64,000 nucleotides of DNA from Basidiobolus meristosporus CBS 931.73. Lineage: Eukaryota; Fungi; Basidiobolomycota. Location of the stretch: the NCBI GenBank assembly GCA_002104905.1, contig MCFE01000254.1:1-64000 (forward strand). Reading direction: 5' to 3'. Of the stretch, positions 61,633 to 64,000 are shown piece after piece. The position numbers and the translations under genes were made by a program. The notes under the pieces are model-generated. The model worked only from the letters and a program-made list of their open reading frames with translations. It ran no database searches and had not been told where the DNA came from. Every line of letters starts with the position of its first letter. Position 1 is the stretch's first letter.

Positions 61633-64000
61633 ATAAAGCAAGGAAAGCACTATTCTGAGCAACATAAGTAAGATTGAGTAAAATTACCAGTAACTGTATC
61701 ATACCACTGGCATCATGGTAGAAATTATAGTGCCAGATAGTGCTGTAGAGTGCCAGATCAATCCGGCACCATAAACAGGCTGGCACTATGTGGCACTATC
61801 CAACAGAACAAGTCTATTGACTCTGGAGCTTCTCAACACTTTACACACCAAAAAGAACTTTTTACCCAATATCAAGAAATTCCAATTTATAAGGTTTTCA
61901 TGGGTGACAATAGAACACTTGATGCAGTGGGAGAAGGAACTATCCAAGTAAACCTTAGAAGCAGTGAAGGAAGCCATACACTGACCTTTAAAGAAGTACT
62001 CTATGTACCAGAAATAGCCAAGAACCTACTATCTGTAAGCAAGGCCACTGCAGAAGGACTCAGTTTCAGTTTTGACAATTCTGGATGCAGGATCACTGAT
62101 CAAAATGGTGCCCATATTGCTTTGGGCATCAGAGATCAGAATCTATACAAGTTGACCTATATTCCATCATATCTGGAAGCCAATATAAGTAACTTAAATG
62201 AAGAAAAACCAATGCTTTGGCATAGGAGATTTGGACACATCAATTTTGATTACTTGCGTAAAATGATCAAAGATCAGCTAATTTCTGGAGTGAAAATTGA
62301 TCCCCCAGCTAATTTGGAGCACTGTGAAGCCTGCATATATGGGAAACAAGCCAGACAACCGTTCAAGAGCTCTGGGTTAATCAAAACTAAGAAAAAATTA
62401 GATCTAATTCACTCAGATCTGTGTGGACCTATGCAAAATTTATCCTTAGGCAGGATGAAGTATTTAATCACTTTTATTGATGATTATACAAGATACACAT
62501 GGGTCTACTTCATGGAGAGAAAGGAAGAAGCTCTGTCTAAGTTCAGGGAGTTTAAAGCCATGGTGAAGAGAGAAACTGGTGAAAAAATCAAGAAAATACC
62601 CTCTGACAATGGTGGAGAATATACCTCAAAACTCTTCATCCACTTCTGCAAAATTCATGGGATAAAGCAAGAGACTACTGTACCATACTTCCCACAACAA
62701 AATGGAGTAGCAGAACAGGCTAACAGATCAATAATTGATATGGCAAGATCTATGATCCTTGATCAAAAATTATCCTATGATTTTTGGGAGGAATCGGTTG
62801 CCACTGCTGTATATCTTAAAAATAGGAGTTATAACAGAATACTTTGTGATTCTACTCCACTTGAAGCATGGTATGGATACAGACCAAGTGCAGAACATCT
62901 AAGAATATTTGGGTGTACAGCATATGCCAAAAAACTGGCCAGAAATCAGTCAAAATTTGAGCCAAACAGTGTAAAATGCATATTTTTGGGCTACTGCAAT
63001 GAGATAAGGCATACAGACTCTACAATTCCAAAGCAAAGAAGCTGATCAAGTCCAGGGATGTGTTGTTTGATGAAAATTCAAAATTTTCACAAAAAATAAC
63101 ATAAGATGATGATGAAAATTTGATCTCAAGTCCACCAATTGTCAGGATTGAATCAGAGCAAAACAATGAAGATTTTTTCACTCCAGAGGACTCTACAACT
63201 GTGGTTCAGCCAGAATCAGTGCCCAGGAATATCCCAGAAGTGATTGTTCCAGTATCAAATGCCTGGAGATCCAATCAGACAAGAAATAGCCCAAACTACT
63301 AAATCAATGAGGGTACAAACTTAGCCTATGCCTATTCAGTCCATATTGATGAACTCCAGACTGTAAAAGAGGCCCTAAATAGCCCTCAGACAAAGTTTTG
63401 GAGATCTGCAATGACTGAGGAATATCAGGCCCTGATGGAAAATCAAACTTGGGACTTAGTCAAATTACCAATCAACCAAAAATCAATTGGATGCAGATGG
63501 GTCTTCAAGACAAAATACAAGGCTGATGGTACAGTTGAAAGATACAAAGCAAGACTTGTAGCCAAAGGATACTCTCAAACAAAAGGACTTGACTATACTG
63601 AGACCTTTGCACCGGTAGCCAAGTTTAATTCCATCAGATTAATATTGGCTATTGCAGCCAAATATAAGTTTTTTATTCATCAAATGGATGTAAAAACTGC
63701 ATTCTTGAATGGAGAACTTGATGAGGACATGTATATGGACCAGCCTGATGGGTTTGTTTACCAAGATAAACCCCATTTGGTCTGCAAGCTTAAAAAGTCA
63801 CTATATGGTCTCAAACAATCACCAAGAGCCTGGAATTGCAAGATAGATTCTTATTTGGAATCTTTGAGTTTCAAAAGAAGTAATGCTGACTATAGTATAT
63901 ACTATAAGTCAGATAGAGCAAATCCAGTTCTATTAGCTCTATATGTGGATGATCTTGTTATAGCTGCCAATAACCTAGAAACATTGGAAGAGGCTAAATC

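Larger units (their letters stand above)
58604..61815 (+). mobile_element. PHIS (PIF/Harbinger superfamily) DNA transposon, 3212 bp, two divergent genes
   Basis: 15-bp TIRs AGACTTGTTCT(A/G)TTG, TSD ATT (58601-58603 / 61816-61818), DDE transposase on + and a second ORF on -. Confidence 0.93.
57386..64000 (+). mobile_element. Copia family A copy, split by the PHIS element and running off the window
   Basis: 5' LTR 57386-57733, mutated PBS AGTTTTGAGCCCC, gag to 58603, protease-INT-RT resumes at 61816. Confidence 0.93.

Noticed and set aside
61750-63045. 431-aa ORF apparently fusing new sequence to protease-integrase
   Set aside because: The first 22 codons are the PHIS right end read in frame into the interrupted Copia pol from a GTG start; a junction artefact.
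2904-63302. Numerous 60-130 aa antisense or alternate-frame ORFs over Copia copies
   Set aside because: Shadow ORFs of gag-pol, repeated only because the elements are repeated.

Overview
Eukaryotic window, probably fungal (inference), made almost entirely of nested transposable elements; I found no recognisable host gene, rRNA, tRNA or CRISPR array. Contents: (i) Ty1/Copia family A, about 8 copies with 350-bp LTRs. One is intact and very young (8635-13321, LTRs identical by eye, TSD AGATC, single 1314-aa gag-pol ORF). (ii) Ty1/Copia family B, 4 copies with ~369-bp LTRs. A and B both have a PBS matching the anticodon arm of initiator tRNA-Met (half-tRNA priming). (iii) A third, old LTR family (D). 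(iv) Ty3/Gypsy remnants, including LTR family C with 4-bp TSDs, a 1265-bp LTR-PBS-integrase tail-PPT-LTR mini-element and a 1048-bp solo LTR. (v) Two CACTA/EnSpm transposase remnants. (vi) A PIF/Harbinger-superfamily (PHIS) system with ANT target duplications: a 3212-bp two-gene element (58604-61815), a second transposase fragment, a 211-bp MITE and a family of ~734-bp almost fully palindromic MITEs. Older copies show pervasive CpG-to-TpG/CpA decay. All alignments and counts were done by eye; no database searches were run.
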